A stretch of DNA of 64,000 nt from Nitrososphaerota archaeon (GTDB taxonomy: Archaea; Thermoproteota; Nitrososphaeria; Nitrososphaerales; Gagatemarchaeaceae). The notes below the pieces were generated by a model. It was given only the letters and a program-made list of their open reading frames with translations. It ran no database searches and was not told where the DNA came from. The stretch lies in NCBI GenBank assembly GCA_027320175.1, contig DAHVLU010000024.1:16349-80348 (forward strand), in the 5' to 3' direction. Of this stretch, positions 17,315-27,250 are shown piece by piece. Every line of letters begins with the position of its first letter. Positions within the stretch are counted from its first letter, which is position 1. A program made the position numbers and the translations under genes.

Positions 17315-18115
17315 ATGAGCGTTGAAAGGCCACTTCCTGACCCGGGCGAAGTGGTCGTATGCACGGTCAGGGAGCTTACATCTCACGGCATCTACGTCAA
17401 CCTCGACCAGTACGACGGGACCAACGGCTTCCTACACGTGTCCGAGATATCTACCGGCTGGGTCAGGAACATCGACAGGGTCGCGAAGGTTTCGCAGAAG
17501 CTGATTCTGAAGGTCATACGCGTCAACAGGGCCAGGAGAGAGATTGACCTCTCCCTCAGGCAGGTGACCAACGAGGAGAGGCGCGCGAAGGTCATCGAGT
17601 GGAAGAGAGAGGAGCGTGCGCTCGCCATCGTGGACGCCGTGAAGAAGAAGCTGGGGGTCGACGACGTCAAAGAAAGGGAGATCAGGCGCAAGCTTGAAGA
17701 GGGGTTCGGCACCCTGTATGACGCCCTGGAGACTGCGGCGCGCAAGGGACCGGAGGGCCTCGCGCATGCAGGGCTCACGGACAAGGAGGCGAAGGCAGTC
17801 GCCGAGCTCGCGAAGGAGAAGATCATCCCTCCGAGGTATGAGGTGGGAGCCCTGGTCGAGGTGTCGTCTAGGTCCCCCGAAGGCATCGAACAGGTGAAGA
17901 AGACCCTCATGGCCGCAGCCAGCGCTCCCTCGGCCGAGGTCCACATCACCTATGCAGGCGCGCCGCATTACAGGGTCAGGATAACTGCCGACGACTACAA
18001 GCAGGCAGAGAAGGCGATGGACTTCGTCCTTGAGAAGATCAAGGACGGCGTGGGCAAGCACGACGCGTTCAGCTTCAAGCGGGAGATCTCCAGGAAGTAC
18101 GGCGGCGCGTCGTGA
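17315..18115 (+). CDS. eif2a: Translation initiation factor 2 alpha subunit
   Basis: S1 domain LPDPGEVVVCTV, GFLHVSEISTGWVRNI, IDLSLRQV, YAGAPHYRV..TADDYKQAE. Confidence 0.96.
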   Translation: MSVERPLPDPGEVVVCTVRELTSHGIYVNLDQYDGTNGFLHVSEISTGWVRNIDRVAKVSQKLILKVIRVNRARREIDLSLRQVTNEERRAKVIEWKREERALAIVDAVKKKLGVDDVKEREIRRKLEEGFGTLYDALETAARKGPEGLAHAGLTDKEAKAVAELAKEKIIPPRYEVGALVEVSSRSPEGIEQVKKTLMAAASAPSAEVHITYAGAPHYRVRITADDYKQAEKAMDFVLEKIKDGVGKHDAFSFKREISRKYGGAS

Positions 18116-18273
18116 AGAGCCTGATGTTGAAGTGCGCCGAGTGCGGCAGGTACACCCTGTCCGAGAAGTGCCCAAGCTGCGGCGGCAAGACCGTCACCGT
18201 GCACCCGGCCAGGTACTCGCCTGACGACAAGTACGCCAGGTACAGGAGCCCGCTGGCCTATGAAGAAGGCTGA
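18112..18273 (+). CDS. nop10: H/ACA RNP protein Nop10 (missed by ORF track)
   Basis: Hand translation MKSLMLKCAECGRYTLSEKCPSCGGKTVTVHPARYSPDDKYARYR...; conserved position after aIF2a. Confidence 0.95.
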   Translation: MKSLMLKCAECGRYTLSEKCPSCGGKTVTVHPARYSPDDKYARYRSPLAYEEG

Positions 18274-20678
18274 ACCAGCTGGTAGACCAGTATCGCGTTG
18301 AAGCACTGCAGGTTTGAGTTCCCGGGACACGGCGAGTTGCCGTTCTCCGCCGCCGCCAGGCTCGGAGAGACGTAGGCTAGTCTGAACGGCCCGGAGCTGT
18401 TCGTCGGGAAGTTGAAGCTGCTCGGATAGCTGAAGGCTTCGACCGGGGGCGCTCCGTTGGACCCGAACGTATAGGTGGGACTGAAGCCGACCGAGGAGGT
18501 GCCGCCCGAGGTGGTAGAGTAGATGTATCCAGCCAGCTTGAAGGGGAGGAGCAGTCCGAAGAGGCTGTTCTGCATGGCGTAGGGGGTCAGGTTGAAGTCG
18601 TCTACTGTGGTGCACGGCTGCCCCGCCGGCGTCAGCTCGCCGGGCGAGGTCCCAGAACAATCCAGGTACTGCGACTCGTTCAACCCTCCGATGCGGATGA
18701 ACCACTGCTTCTTGCTCTCGTCGCCGCCGCCTGCGGTGAAGCCCCCGCCGCTCGGGACCTGCAGGACGAAGTACTGCTGCGTACTGCCGGAACTGGTGCT
18801 GGTCAGGGGGAAGATGCTACCGGTGATGAAGATCGCGACGTAAGTGGGCCTGCCGCCCCCCATGCTCTCGGCCATGGAGGCGGCCTGGGTGGCGTTGGAC
18901 ATCAGCAGCTGTCCCACCTGGGCGATCCTCGTGCTGTTGAGGGTGGCGTTGTCGACCACCGTCGTCCTGTTGCCCATCACCGCGAACCAGTATCCGTAGT
19001 CCCACCATGAAATCACCACCGAGTTGGTCGGCGTGTTCTGGCGCACCCACTGCAGCGTCTGTATCCAGTCGGTGAACGCCGAGCGGGAGTAGACGGTGGC
19101 TCCGTTGACAAGGCTCACTCCGGAGTCGGCGGGGCTGTTGTCGCAGAACAGCTGCCCGCTGTATGTGCACTGGATCGGGTTGGGGATCCAGTAGGAGCCC
19201 GCGGGAAGGACGATGAGCGCTATCACAGCTATGGAGAAGACGACCTTCATCTCGTTCCGGGAGGTGGGCGCCGCCTTCTTCTTGACCAAGGGGGTGGTGC
19301 TCGGCTTGGCGATGGCGAAGGCCAGCTCAGCGAAGCCGATGCCTCCGAGGATTCCGAGAGCGACCGAAGAGTAGACGAGGAGCCTGGAGAATGCAGCCGA
19401 GAAGTAGAGGCCGGTAAGCCCGAAGACCAGGGCGTAGACCATGGGGACCCCCCTGCGCCTGAAGGCGATCAGGGCCCCGGCCATCCCGAACGAGAGCAAT
19501 AGCGCGTAGGACGTGAAGTAGTCCGCGCCGGTGGGAGCCGCCTGCTCGGCGACTGAGCGGACGAGGGCGTTGCTGACGCTGGCCCAGGGCGCGATCACGG
19601 TCAGGTACCTTAACGTGAGCCCCTTGACCAGCCCGAAGCTAAGGAGTGCCAGACCCCCGAGGCCGAAGCCGAAGATGAACTTCGCCAGGGTGGCCCTGTA
19701 CTCGGCGGGCTTGGACCACGTCTTGGCCCACTGGGCCACGAGCACGAAGACCGTCCCACCGATCATCGCGAGGCCGACCGGGTTGGTGACTATCGTTACG
19801 CCAGGCCTTGGAAAGATGGCGCTTACGAAGAGGGTCGAGGCTGTGAAGGTGACGATGGCAGGCGAGAAGGCTGCCAGGTCCAGGTTCAGGAAGGGGACCA
19901 GGAGGAAGACGAGGGCGAAGGCTCCGCTGAAGAAGTCGCCTCCCCCCCAGGCGGTGTTGGCATAGCCGATCATCGCTCCACTCAGAAGTCCCCAGACGAC
20001 CCTCCCGCGCACCGACCTCTCCTTGTCGAATACGCCCAACATCAGGTAGCTGGCGGCTACGAACAGGAGTATCGCGAGAGGCTCGGACTTGAACCAACCC
20101 AGGTTCCCTCTTTCGATCAGTGGGGGAGAGACCGCGAAGACCAGTGCGGCGAAGAGGCCCGCCGCGTCGCCTGCGATCTTCCTCACCAGGAAGTAGAAGA
20201 TCACGGCCGTTATCGCGCCGAAGAACACGGGGAGGAGGACCAGGAGGTCGTAAAGCGATATCGGGACGCCGAAGACGTTGTGGACCAGCAGGAAGATCAG
20301 GGCTCCGGCGAGCTGAAGCCCCCCCTGTGAGGTCGCGGCCACGTTCCTGCCGACCGGGAACCATGTCTGGATGTCGTGCCAGTAGAAGTAGCCCTGCATG
20401 GTGTGGCAGGCGGTGTAGACCGTCGGGCCGCAGTTAGCGGGGTTGGCGAAGAGGGCGGAGTAGAGCCCCTGCTGGTTTGCCAGGTTCACGATGTGCTGGG
20501 CCGCGTAGTAGTCGTAATACGGGTCGAACTCGTTCAGGTAGAAGCCGTACTTCGCCGCATAGGCCCTGATGAGGACGGCGATGGAGAAGACAATGGCGAG
20601 CACCATGGAAATCATGAGGGCCCTGCGGGATACGGTGGGACGCTTCATGAAAGACCGGAGGGTGTCGAGTGTACCCAA
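18258..20678 (-). CDS. aglB: Oligosaccharyltransferase AglB (STT3)
   Basis: EFDPY, multiple TM helices, SVAEQ, WWDYG, VDNATLN, DESK motif. Confidence 0.95.
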   Translation of the reverse strand: MGTLDTLRSFMKRPTVSRRALMISMVLAIVFSIAVLIRAYAAKYGFYLNEFDPYYDYYAAQHIVNLANQQGLYSALFANPANCGPTVYTACHTMQGYFYWHDIQTWFPVGRNVAATSQGGLQLAGALIFLLVHNVFGVPISLYDLLVLLPVFFGAITAVIFYFLVRKIAGDAAGLFAALVFAVSPPLIERGNLGWFKSEPLAILLFVAASYLMLGVFDKERSVRGRVVWGLLSGAMIGYANTAWGGGDFFSGAFALVFLLVPFLNLDLAAFSPAIVTFTASTLFVSAIFPRPGVTIVTNPVGLAMIGGTVFVLVAQWAKTWSKPAEYRATLAKFIFGFGLGGLALLSFGLVKGLTLRYLTVIAPWASVSNALVRSVAEQAAPTGADYFTSYALLLSFGMAGALIAFRRRGVPMVYALVFGLTGLYFSAAFSRLLVYSSVALGILGGIGFAELAFAIAKPSTTPLVKKKAAPTSRNEMKVVFSIAVIALIVLPAGSYWIPNPIQCTYSGQLFCDNSPADSGVSLVNGATVYSRSAFTDWIQTLQWVRQNTPTNSVVISWWDYGYWFAVMGNRTTVVDNATLNSTRIAQVGQLLMSNATQAASMAESMGGGRPTYVAIFITGSIFPLTSTSSGSTQQYFVLQVPSGGGFTAGGGDESKKQWFIRIGGLNESQYLDCSGTSPGELTPAGQPCTTVDDFNLTPYAMQNSLFGLLLPFKLAGYIYSTTSGGTSSVGFSPTYTFGSNGAPPVEAFSYPSSFNFPTNSSGPFRLAYVSPSLAAAENGNSPCPGNSNLQCFNAILVYQLVQPSS

Positions 20679-20726
20679 ATCTGGAAATCGAGCGCCCGCC
20701 GGGCTATTTTAAGCGTGCTTTTTCAG

Positions 20727-21137
20727 TCACTTCGTGAGCAGGGTGTTGAGGTAGGCCGCGTACGCCTTCGCGTCCAGGAGGGACTTGCTCTCCCCCGCGA
20801 AGTCCGATGGCGTCACCTCGACCAGCCACCCCTCGCCGTAGGGCGACTTGTTCACGAGTTCAGGGTGAGCGTCCAGGTCGCCGTTGATCCTCGCGACCTC
20901 CCCCGAAATCGGAGAGTACACCTCGGACACAGCTTTGATTGATTCGACGGTCCCCATCGACTTCATGTGCTCCACCTTCGACTTTGGCTTGGGGGAGGCC
21001 ACGTAGACCACGTCGTTCAGCGTCTTAGCGGCGTAGTCCGTGACGCCTATCCTGACGACGGCCCCTTCTTGCTTCGCCCACTCGTGTTCCTTGGTGTAAA
21101 ACAGCCCCTCGGGGATCTGGTATCCGTGGACCTCCAT
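20727..21137 (-). CDS. gcvH: Glycine cleavage system H protein
   Basis: YTKEHEW, IGVTDYA, ESIKAVSEVYSP (lipoyl Lys), NKSPYGEGW. Confidence 0.96.
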   Translation of the reverse strand: MEVHGYQIPEGLFYTKEHEWAKQEGAVVRIGVTDYAAKTLNDVVYVASPKPKSKVEHMKSMGTVESIKAVSEVYSPISGEVARINGDLDAHPELVNKSPYGEGWLVEVTPSDFAGESKSLLDAKAYAAYLNTLLTK

Positions 21138-21160
21138 CGGGCGTGCGCCCTCGCGGCGAA

Positions 21161-22282
21161 CTAATTACCCTTCTGGCGCTTCCAGCCATAGAGGCGCTCG
21201 TCGTAGAACGGCGGCTTCGTGATGGTCCCGCTCTGACGGGCCTCTCTGATGAGCACCCCCACCTGTGCGCCGAAGGCGGAGCGGTCGCTCTTCACCCTGC
21301 ACAGCCCCACCCCCTTCCGGAGCAGAGGCGAGAAGGTACCGCTGGTCACACTCCCAAGCGGGCTGGAGTCGGCAGTGATTTCGAATCCGTGGCGGGGGAT
21401 TCCCGACTCCACGACAAGCCCCCTCCTGACGGTGGCGGGTCCATGGTCCTTGTACTTGGCAAGTGCGCCCGCACCGACGTACCCGGTCTTCCCCGCGGTC
21501 ATGACCCAGGCCAGGTCTGCTTCGAATGGGTCTGTATCTTGGTCGATGTCGGAGCCGTGCAGAGGCAGGCCCGCCTCGAGCCTGAGCGAGTCTCTGGCAC
21601 CGAGCCCACATGGAGCGGAAGTCGCCGCGAGCCGGTTCCAGACCTTCAGCGCGCCCTGAGGGTTCGCCGCCGAAGTCCCGTAGACGATGACCTCGAATCC
21701 GTCCTCGCCGGTGTATCCGGTCCTTGAAACGAGGGCGTCCTCGCCAGCGACCCTTGCCTCCGCGCACCTGAAGCGCTTCAGTTGGCTCAGGTCGAGGTCG
21801 GTGAGCGGTTGCAGCGAAGCCGATGCGGCCGGGCCCTGGACTGCGATCATCGCAGAGTCCTCGGTCACGTCTTGGAAAGCGAGGCCCGAGGGGGCGCGGT
21901 CCATCATGTGGCGGAGGTCAGTCTGATGGTTCGCCGCGTTGACTACCACCATGTATCTGTCGGCCCCCAGCCTCTCGATGATCAGGTCGTCGATGATTCC
22001 CCCCCGCTCGTTGAGCAGCAGGGTGTAGAACGCCTTCCCTGGAGGCTGAGACTCGACCGAGGTGGGGACCAGCTCCTCGAGGAACCCGGTCGCGCGTTCA
22101 CCTCTGACTTCGAACCGAGCCATGTGGGACACGTCGAAGATCCCAGACGCGTTCCTGACCGCCATGTGCTCTTCGCTGGTGGTCGAATACCACAGAGGCA
22201 TGTCGTAGCCAGCGAACTCGGTGAGCTTGGCGTGTTTCGCGTGATAGTCGTAGAGCTGGGTTGTCTTCGGCACCAGCCTCAA
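21161..22282 (-). CDS. gcvT: Glycine cleavage system aminomethyltransferase T
   Basis: FAGYDMPLWY, FDVSHM, SRTGYTGEDGFE, GLGARDSLRLEAG. Confidence 0.96.
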   Translation of the reverse strand: MRLVPKTTQLYDYHAKHAKLTEFAGYDMPLWYSTTSEEHMAVRNASGIFDVSHMARFEVRGERATGFLEELVPTSVESQPPGKAFYTLLLNERGGIIDDLIIERLGADRYMVVVNAANHQTDLRHMMDRAPSGLAFQDVTEDSAMIAVQGPAASASLQPLTDLDLSQLKRFRCAEARVAGEDALVSRTGYTGEDGFEVIVYGTSAANPQGALKVWNRLAATSAPCGLGARDSLRLEAGLPLHGSDIDQDTDPFEADLAWVMTAGKTGYVGAGALAKYKDHGPATVRRGLVVESGIPRHGFEITADSSPLGSVTSGTFSPLLRKGVGLCRVKSDRSAFGAQVGVLIREARQSGTITKPPFYDERLYGWKRQKGN

Positions 22283-22302
22283 GGGAGCCCGACTCTATTT
22301 AA

Positions 22303-23091
22303 GTGGGCAACGGTCCGGAGAAGCATTTGCTGACGCTGGTCCCGGTGACGATGCCGAGGAAGAGTGCGAAGTTCGACGTCGTAGAACTGATCGATGCCGA
22401 GGTTGGGGGGAAGCTGAGGGACGGGGACATACTAGTGATTTCGAGCAAGTTCGTCGCCATATCGGAAGGGCGGGTGGTGAAGCTGGCCAGGGTCCGCCCG
22501 GGCGCTCGGGCGAGGGAGCTGGCCGCGGAGCACCGCATGGACCCGAGGCTCTGCGAGCTCGTCGTCCGCGAGTCTGACGAGGTGTTAGGAGGGATCCCCG
22601 GCTTCCTCCTCACAAGCAAGGAAGGGCTGCTCACCCCCAACGCGGGGATCGACAAGTCGAACATAGGGCACGGTATGGTGGTCCTATACCCAAGGAGGCC
22701 GGAAGCGTCCGCGCGGAGGATAAGGGAAGAGCTGAGGTTCTCGAGGGGCGTTTCTGTGGGCGTAGTGATCTGCGACAGCCGGCTCTCACCTACGCGCAGA
22801 GGCACGACAGGAGTGGCCGTGGCTGCTTCGGGGGTGGACGCAGTGCTCGATATGCGGGGGAGGTCCGACCTCTTCGGCAACGTCCTCAAAGTGACCTCGC
22901 AGGCGCTCGCCGACGACCTCAGCTCGGCGGCAGAAGTGTTGATGGGGGAGTCGGACGAAGCGACCCCTGTAGTGATAGTGCGAGGGGCGGGGAAACTCCT
23001 GAAGGACGAGGAGTACCCTGGGAGAAGGTTCGCCATCCCCGTCGAAGACGACGTGTTTCTCAGGAGCCTAGGGTACGGGCACGGCGCATAG
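22303..23091 (+). CDS. cofE: Coenzyme F420-0:L-glutamate ligase
   Basis: DGDILVISSKFVAISEGR, NAGIDKSN, DMRGRSDLFG..LKVT, MGESDEATPVVIVRG. Confidence 0.93.
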   Translation: MGNGPEKHLLTLVPVTMPRKSAKFDVVELIDAEVGGKLRDGDILVISSKFVAISEGRVVKLARVRPGARARELAAEHRMDPRLCELVVRESDEVLGGIPGFLLTSKEGLLTPNAGIDKSNIGHGMVVLYPRRPEASARRIREELRFSRGVSVGVVICDSRLSPTRRGTTGVAVAASGVDAVLDMRGRSDLFGNVLKVTSQALADDLSSAAEVLMGESDEATPVVIVRGAGKLLKDEEYPGRRFAIPVEDDVFLRSLGYGHGA

Positions 23092-23123
23092 GCCTAAATC
23101 CACGCCGAGGCACCGGCAGGGCG

Positions 23124-23300
23124 TTGACCTTTGAGATAGCCTGCAGTTCCTGCGGCACGCCTCTGTATTCAGGGTTCGACCTGAGGTCTCCGGGGGACGT
23201 GTTGAAGGCCGCGGACTACCGCTGCAAGAAATGTGGCGCGAAACTCGCGCCCACGAGGTACCAGGTCGAGGTCAGGAAGATCGACGGCTCCTTTTCCTAG
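23124..23300 (+). CDS. Small Zn-ribbon protein (58 aa, missed by ORF track)
   Basis: Hand translation MTFEIACSSCGTPLYSGFDLRSPGDVLKAADYRCKKCGAKL...; TATA-like CCTAAAT upstream. Confidence 0.75.
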   Translation: MTFEIACSSCGTPLYSGFDLRSPGDVLKAADYRCKKCGAKLAPTRYQVEVRKIDGSFS

Positions 23301-23333
23301 GCAGGAGCTATAGAGCCCGCACGCGCCGGCTGA

Positions 23334-25409
23334 ATGCGTCGGGGGATGATGAATTCGGGGTACACGCTGGTAATCTGTGAGAAGCCAGACGCCGCTAGAA
23401 GGGTGGCAGACGCCCTGTCTGGGGGGAGCAGCAGGGTCATGACGGTGGACGGCGCCTCGGCCTACTCCCTTTCCCGAGGGGGGGAAGAATTCGTAGTCTG
23501 CTCGGCACAGGGGCACCTCTACGCCGTGTCGGACGCCTCGGAGGAGAGGACGGTCTACCCGGTCTTCGACCTGGAATGGTACCCGTCCGACCTGGTAGAC
23601 GAAGACGACGCCGGCGCGGGCAGGCGCATCTCTGCCATCAAGAAGTTGTCGGCAGGAGCATCGAGGTTCGTGAACGCCTGCGACTTCGACGTCGAGGGCG
23701 AAACGATAGGCTACAATCTGCTGAGATATGCGTGCGGGGGCAAGGAGAAGACCGCCCTCAGGGCGAAGTTCTCGACGCTGACAGAGGATGACCTGAGGAG
23801 GGCGTTCGACGGCCTTGAACCTCAGTCAGGGCAGGGGCTCGCCCGGGCTGGAAGGGCGAGGCACTCTATCGACTTCGTGTGGGGGGTCAACCTCTCCAGG
23901 GCGCTTTCGCAGTCGGCTTTGGGCTGGGGGCACAGGTACAAGACGGTGAGCATGGGGCGAGTGCAGGGGCCCACCCTGGGGTTCCTGGTGGAAAGGGAGA
24001 AGGCGATACGAGAGTTCGTCCCCCTGCCGTATTGGAGAGTCACGGGCAAGTTCCGCAGGGAGGGGAAGGAGTTCACCGCTGCATATTCTCAGGACAAAGT
24101 CCCGACCGAGCGCCTGGCAAGGGAGGTCCACGACGGCTGCGTCGGGAAGAAGGCGGTGGCGGCTTCGGTCAGGAGGAGCGCAGTCCAAGTGGGACCCCCC
24201 ACCCCCTTCGACATCGGCGAGCTCCAGAAGGAGGCGTACAGGGCCTTCGGTTACACCCCGAGCAGGACGCTACAGGTCGCCGAGCGCCTCTACCTCGGAG
24301 CCCTGATCTCATACCCCCGGACGGGGAGCCAGAAGCTCCCGCCAACACTCGGCCTGAGGAAGATAGTCTCGGGGATTTCGAAGATGCCTGAGTATTCTGA
24401 AATCGCCGGACGGATACTGAAGTCCGACGCCAGGCCAGTCCAGGGGGCGAGGTCAGACCCCGCCCATCCGGCCCTGCATCCTACGGGGGAGAGGCCGCGG
24501 AGGGCCCTCGACCGCTCGGAGAGGTCCATCTTCGACCTCGTCGTGAGAAGGTTTCTTGCTGCCTTCGGGCCCTCGGCGAGGCGTGAGCTCGTCGACGTCA
24601 CCCTCGCCGTCGGCAGCCACGAGTTCAGGCTTGCAGGAGGGAGGACGCTTTCCCCAGGCTGGATGGAGTACTACGGAAGGTATGCGGGGCTCAGGGACAG
24701 AGAAGTTCCACCGATATCCGAGGGGGAAAGCCTCGATGTCTCCGATGTAGTGGTCGAAGGCAGATTCGACCAGAAACCTGTTCGGTATAACCCAGGCAGC
24801 CTGCTGGAAAAGATGGAGAGAGAGGGGATTGGGACCAAGGCTACGCGAGCGGACGTCATAGCTACGCTGGTGGGAAGAGGGTATGTCGCGGGGGAAGGCA
24901 TGGAAGTGACAGACCTTGGGTTCGCGGTCGCCGAGGCGATGGAGAAGTTCGCGCCGGAGGTCATGGGCATGGGCCTCACGCGCGGCATCGAAGAGAAGCT
25001 GGACGCCGTAGAACGAGGGAAGGAAGAGGAGGCGGAGATGCTCCGGGAGGCGGTCAGGTCCATGGCGAGCCAGCTTGCCGCTCTGGGCGCAGAGGAAGAC
25101 GCCCTGGGGAAGGAGTTGGACTCGGCCCTGACCGGCGCAGCCGCCAAGGCCTTCGCGCTGGGCAGATGCCCCGTCTGCAAGACCGGGGAGCTGAGACTGA
25201 TCAGGTCGAAGACTTCGGGCAAGCGATTCGTCGGGTGCTCGAACTACCCCTCGATCTGTCGCGCTTCCGCCCCTCTGCCTCAAAGGGGGACGGTCAAGGC
25301 TACTTCGAAGACGTGCGAGCGCTGCTCATGGCCCATCGTCCACATCGTGGGGAAAGGGCGCCCCTGGAGGCTCTGCCCTAACCCGGATTGTCCAGGGAAG
25401 AAGAGATGA
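23334..25409 (+). CDS. topA: Type IA DNA topoisomerase (archaeal TopA/Topo III)
   Basis: LVICEKPDAA, ACDFDVEGE, SMGRVQGPTL, LISYPRT (catalytic Tyr), GIGTKATR, C-terminal Zn ribbons. Confidence 0.96.
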   Translation: MRRGMMNSGYTLVICEKPDAARRVADALSGGSSRVMTVDGASAYSLSRGGEEFVVCSAQGHLYAVSDASEERTVYPVFDLEWYPSDLVDEDDAGAGRRISAIKKLSAGASRFVNACDFDVEGETIGYNLLRYACGGKEKTALRAKFSTLTEDDLRRAFDGLEPQSGQGLARAGRARHSIDFVWGVNLSRALSQSALGWGHRYKTVSMGRVQGPTLGFLVEREKAIREFVPLPYWRVTGKFRREGKEFTAAYSQDKVPTERLAREVHDGCVGKKAVAASVRRSAVQVGPPTPFDIGELQKEAYRAFGYTPSRTLQVAERLYLGALISYPRTGSQKLPPTLGLRKIVSGISKMPEYSEIAGRILKSDARPVQGARSDPAHPALHPTGERPRRALDRSERSIFDLVVRRFLAAFGPSARRELVDVTLAVGSHEFRLAGGRTLSPGWMEYYGRYAGLRDREVPPISEGESLDVSDVVVEGRFDQKPVRYNPGSLLEKMEREGIGTKATRADVIATLVGRGYVAGEGMEVTDLGFAVAEAMEKFAPEVMGMGLTRGIEEKLDAVERGKEEEAEMLREAVRSMASQLAALGAEEDALGKELDSALTGAAAKAFALGRCPVCKTGELRLIRSKTSGKRFVGCSNYPSICRASAPLPQRGTVKATSKTCERCSWPIVHIVGKGRPWRLCPNPDCPGKKR

Positions 25410-25612
25410 AGTGTGCAGTCTGCGGTAGGGAGAGCACGGCAGACCTTTGCCGGCACCATGAAGCGGCGAAGGTGAAGTTGCAGGCAGCGTACCCCCTCTG
25501 GGAGAAGGCCTACGGGGGCATCGGTTGGGAAAAGTATTTGGATAGTGTTAAACGCAACGTTCAAACGGGCCAGTGGGCTAAGGAGACAGCAGGGTTTCTG
25601 CTAGGTGGTTAG
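25406..25612 (+). CDS. Small Cys/His-containing hypothetical protein
   Basis: MKCAVCGR...LCRHH...WEKAYGG; ATGA overlap with topA stop. Confidence 0.75.
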   Translation: MKCAVCGRESTADLCRHHEAAKVKLQAAYPLWEKAYGGIGWEKYLDSVKRNVQTGQWAKETAGFLLGG

Positions 25613-26020
25613 ATGATAAGACAATCGCTCGAATCGGCGTACCGAAGGACGGTAGGGTCCCTGAAGAACGGGGCCGTAGGGCTACTGGGGTCGCTGACCA
25701 GACGTGGAGGGCTAGTCCAGACGGTGTACGTCCTGACCCTGGTGGGGCTCATGGCTGGGTTCGTCACCGCGTTGGTCTACAGGGTGCCCAACCAGACATA
25801 CATCCCGTATCCGAACGGCCAGGCTGAGACCATCCCCGAAGCTGTGATCAACGCTTTCATCATAATTACCGGCGGCGCCGGCGTCTATCTGGTGTACCTG
25901 AGCGGCAGGCAGACGGTCCGGGCGAGGGCGGTGAACCTCTATCTGGGGTTGGCCCTGCTTCTTCTCGTGGTCTCGATCTTCGCCGGCATAGACCTGGCGC
26001 TTCTCAAGGGATTCGGCTAG
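25613..26020 (+). CDS. Three-TM membrane protein, possibly OST3/OST6/DC2-like
   Basis: Three hydrophobic segments; ETIPEAVINAFIIITGGAGVYL resembles the OST accessory subunit C-terminal pattern (inference). Confidence 0.55.
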   Translation: MIRQSLESAYRRTVGSLKNGAVGLLGSLTRRGGLVQTVYVLTLVGLMAGFVTALVYRVPNQTYIPYPNGQAETIPEAVINAFIIITGGAGVYLVYLSGRQTVRARAVNLYLGLALLLLVVSIFAGIDLALLKGFG

Positions 26021-26600
26021 AGAAAACTCCGCCCGGCCACGCCGAGCCTTTCTCTGTCCTGATTTCGACCTCCTCCCCTCTGACGTCCACCGACGCAGTG
26101 ACATCGGAGAGGTTCGAGATGGACCTTCCTCTGCCTGACTTCGAGAAACCCTCGCGCTTGTACATGCTCAGGATGACGGCGCCGCCGTTCCCCCTAGCGA
26201 AGTGCGAAAGGCTAGCAAGGGCGAACATCAGCTTCCTCCCCCTGGAGCTTCCGTCTTCAAGGGAGACCAAGTGATAGAAGCTGTTCAGGCTGTCGATAAC
26301 GATTACCTTCTGTTGGGAGGCGAACAGCGATGAGAACTCGGGTTCGATGTCGGAGCCGGGAGGAGGGACCCTGATAGTGAAGGGGGCCGCACCAGGGAGG
26401 CCTGCGAAGATCAGGTCAGCGTTGGACGAGTAGAGGGCGTCGATGTCAAAGACGACGCATGGATGGCCCGTCTTCGCGACGGCGCTCACGAGCGTGCGGG
26501 CGAACCTGACGTTTGCCTGCCGCCCTTCGACGAGGAAGGTCGCAGTCTTGCCCGCCAGGGGGACCAGCAGAGAGGGCCATCCACCTCCGCTAAAGCTCAT
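26004..26600 (-). CDS. Degenerate RecA/RadA-fold protein
   Basis: VVFDIDALYS, VIVIDSLNSFY (Walker B-like), SDVTASV; no Walker A. Confidence 0.6.
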   Translation of the reverse strand: MSFSGGGWPSLLVPLAGKTATFLVEGRQANVRFARTLVSAVAKTGHPCVVFDIDALYSSNADLIFAGLPGAAPFTIRVPPPGSDIEPEFSSLFASQQKVIVIDSLNSFYHLVSLEDGSSRGRKLMFALASLSHFARGNGGAVILSMYKREGFSKSGRGRSISNLSDVTASVDVRGEEVEIRTEKGSAWPGGVFSSRIP

Positions 26601-26635
26601 TAGTCGAAGCCAGTCATCTGGGAGAATATATCAAA

Positions 26636-27250
26636 TTGAGCCGTATCTGCGTGATAACCTCGAAGGCGCGGGCGTACTATGCTCTCGTATCGAGGTTGAG
26701 GAGAGCTGGCCTCCCGTTCTCGAGTCTGGTCTCTGAATCGAGCTTCGACGACTGCGACGTCGTGCTTACAACGGAAGACGAATCCGAGCGTTTCGGCGAC
26801 AAGGCCATGGTGCTGGAGCGCCTGGACGAGAGTCCAGGCATATTCAAGGGCCAGGTGGTGTCCCGCTTAGATGGAGAAGAAGACCTGATCCTCGTCGGGG
26901 TGGACCCTGGCAAGAGGACCGGAGTGGCCGTGTTCTATGGGCGGACCAAGCTTTCCTCCAATACGTTCGACTCCCCCGCGGCCGTCTCCTCGAGGGTCGC
27001 GGCGTACGCCAGGGCCCTGCCTGGCAGCCGGGTCCTCGTCAGGGTGGGGAACGGCAACAGGCATCTGGCAGCGAGACTGGCGGATGGTTTCGGCAGGGAG
27101 ATCCCCTCGGCTACCGTGGAGCTGGTCGACGAATCTGGTACTTCGAGGGCCCCGAAGATGAAGGGAGTCCAACGGGACCAGGCGGCGGCCGCCAAGATCG
27201 CGTTCAGGAGGGGAGAGGTCGTCAGCCACCCGACCAGAAGTCGTGGCTGA
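26636..27250 (+). CDS. Hypothetical protein with RNase H-like (YqgF/RuvC-type) domain
   Basis: LVGVDPGKRTGVAV, VRVGNG, VELVDESGTS, RDQAAAAKIAFR. Confidence 0.7.
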   Translation: MSRICVITSKARAYYALVSRLRRAGLPFSSLVSESSFDDCDVVLTTEDESERFGDKAMVLERLDESPGIFKGQVVSRLDGEEDLILVGVDPGKRTGVAVFYGRTKLSSNTFDSPAAVSSRVAAYARALPGSRVLVRVGNGNRHLAARLADGFGREIPSATVELVDESGTSRAPKMKGVQRDQAAAAKIAFRRGEVVSHPTRSRG

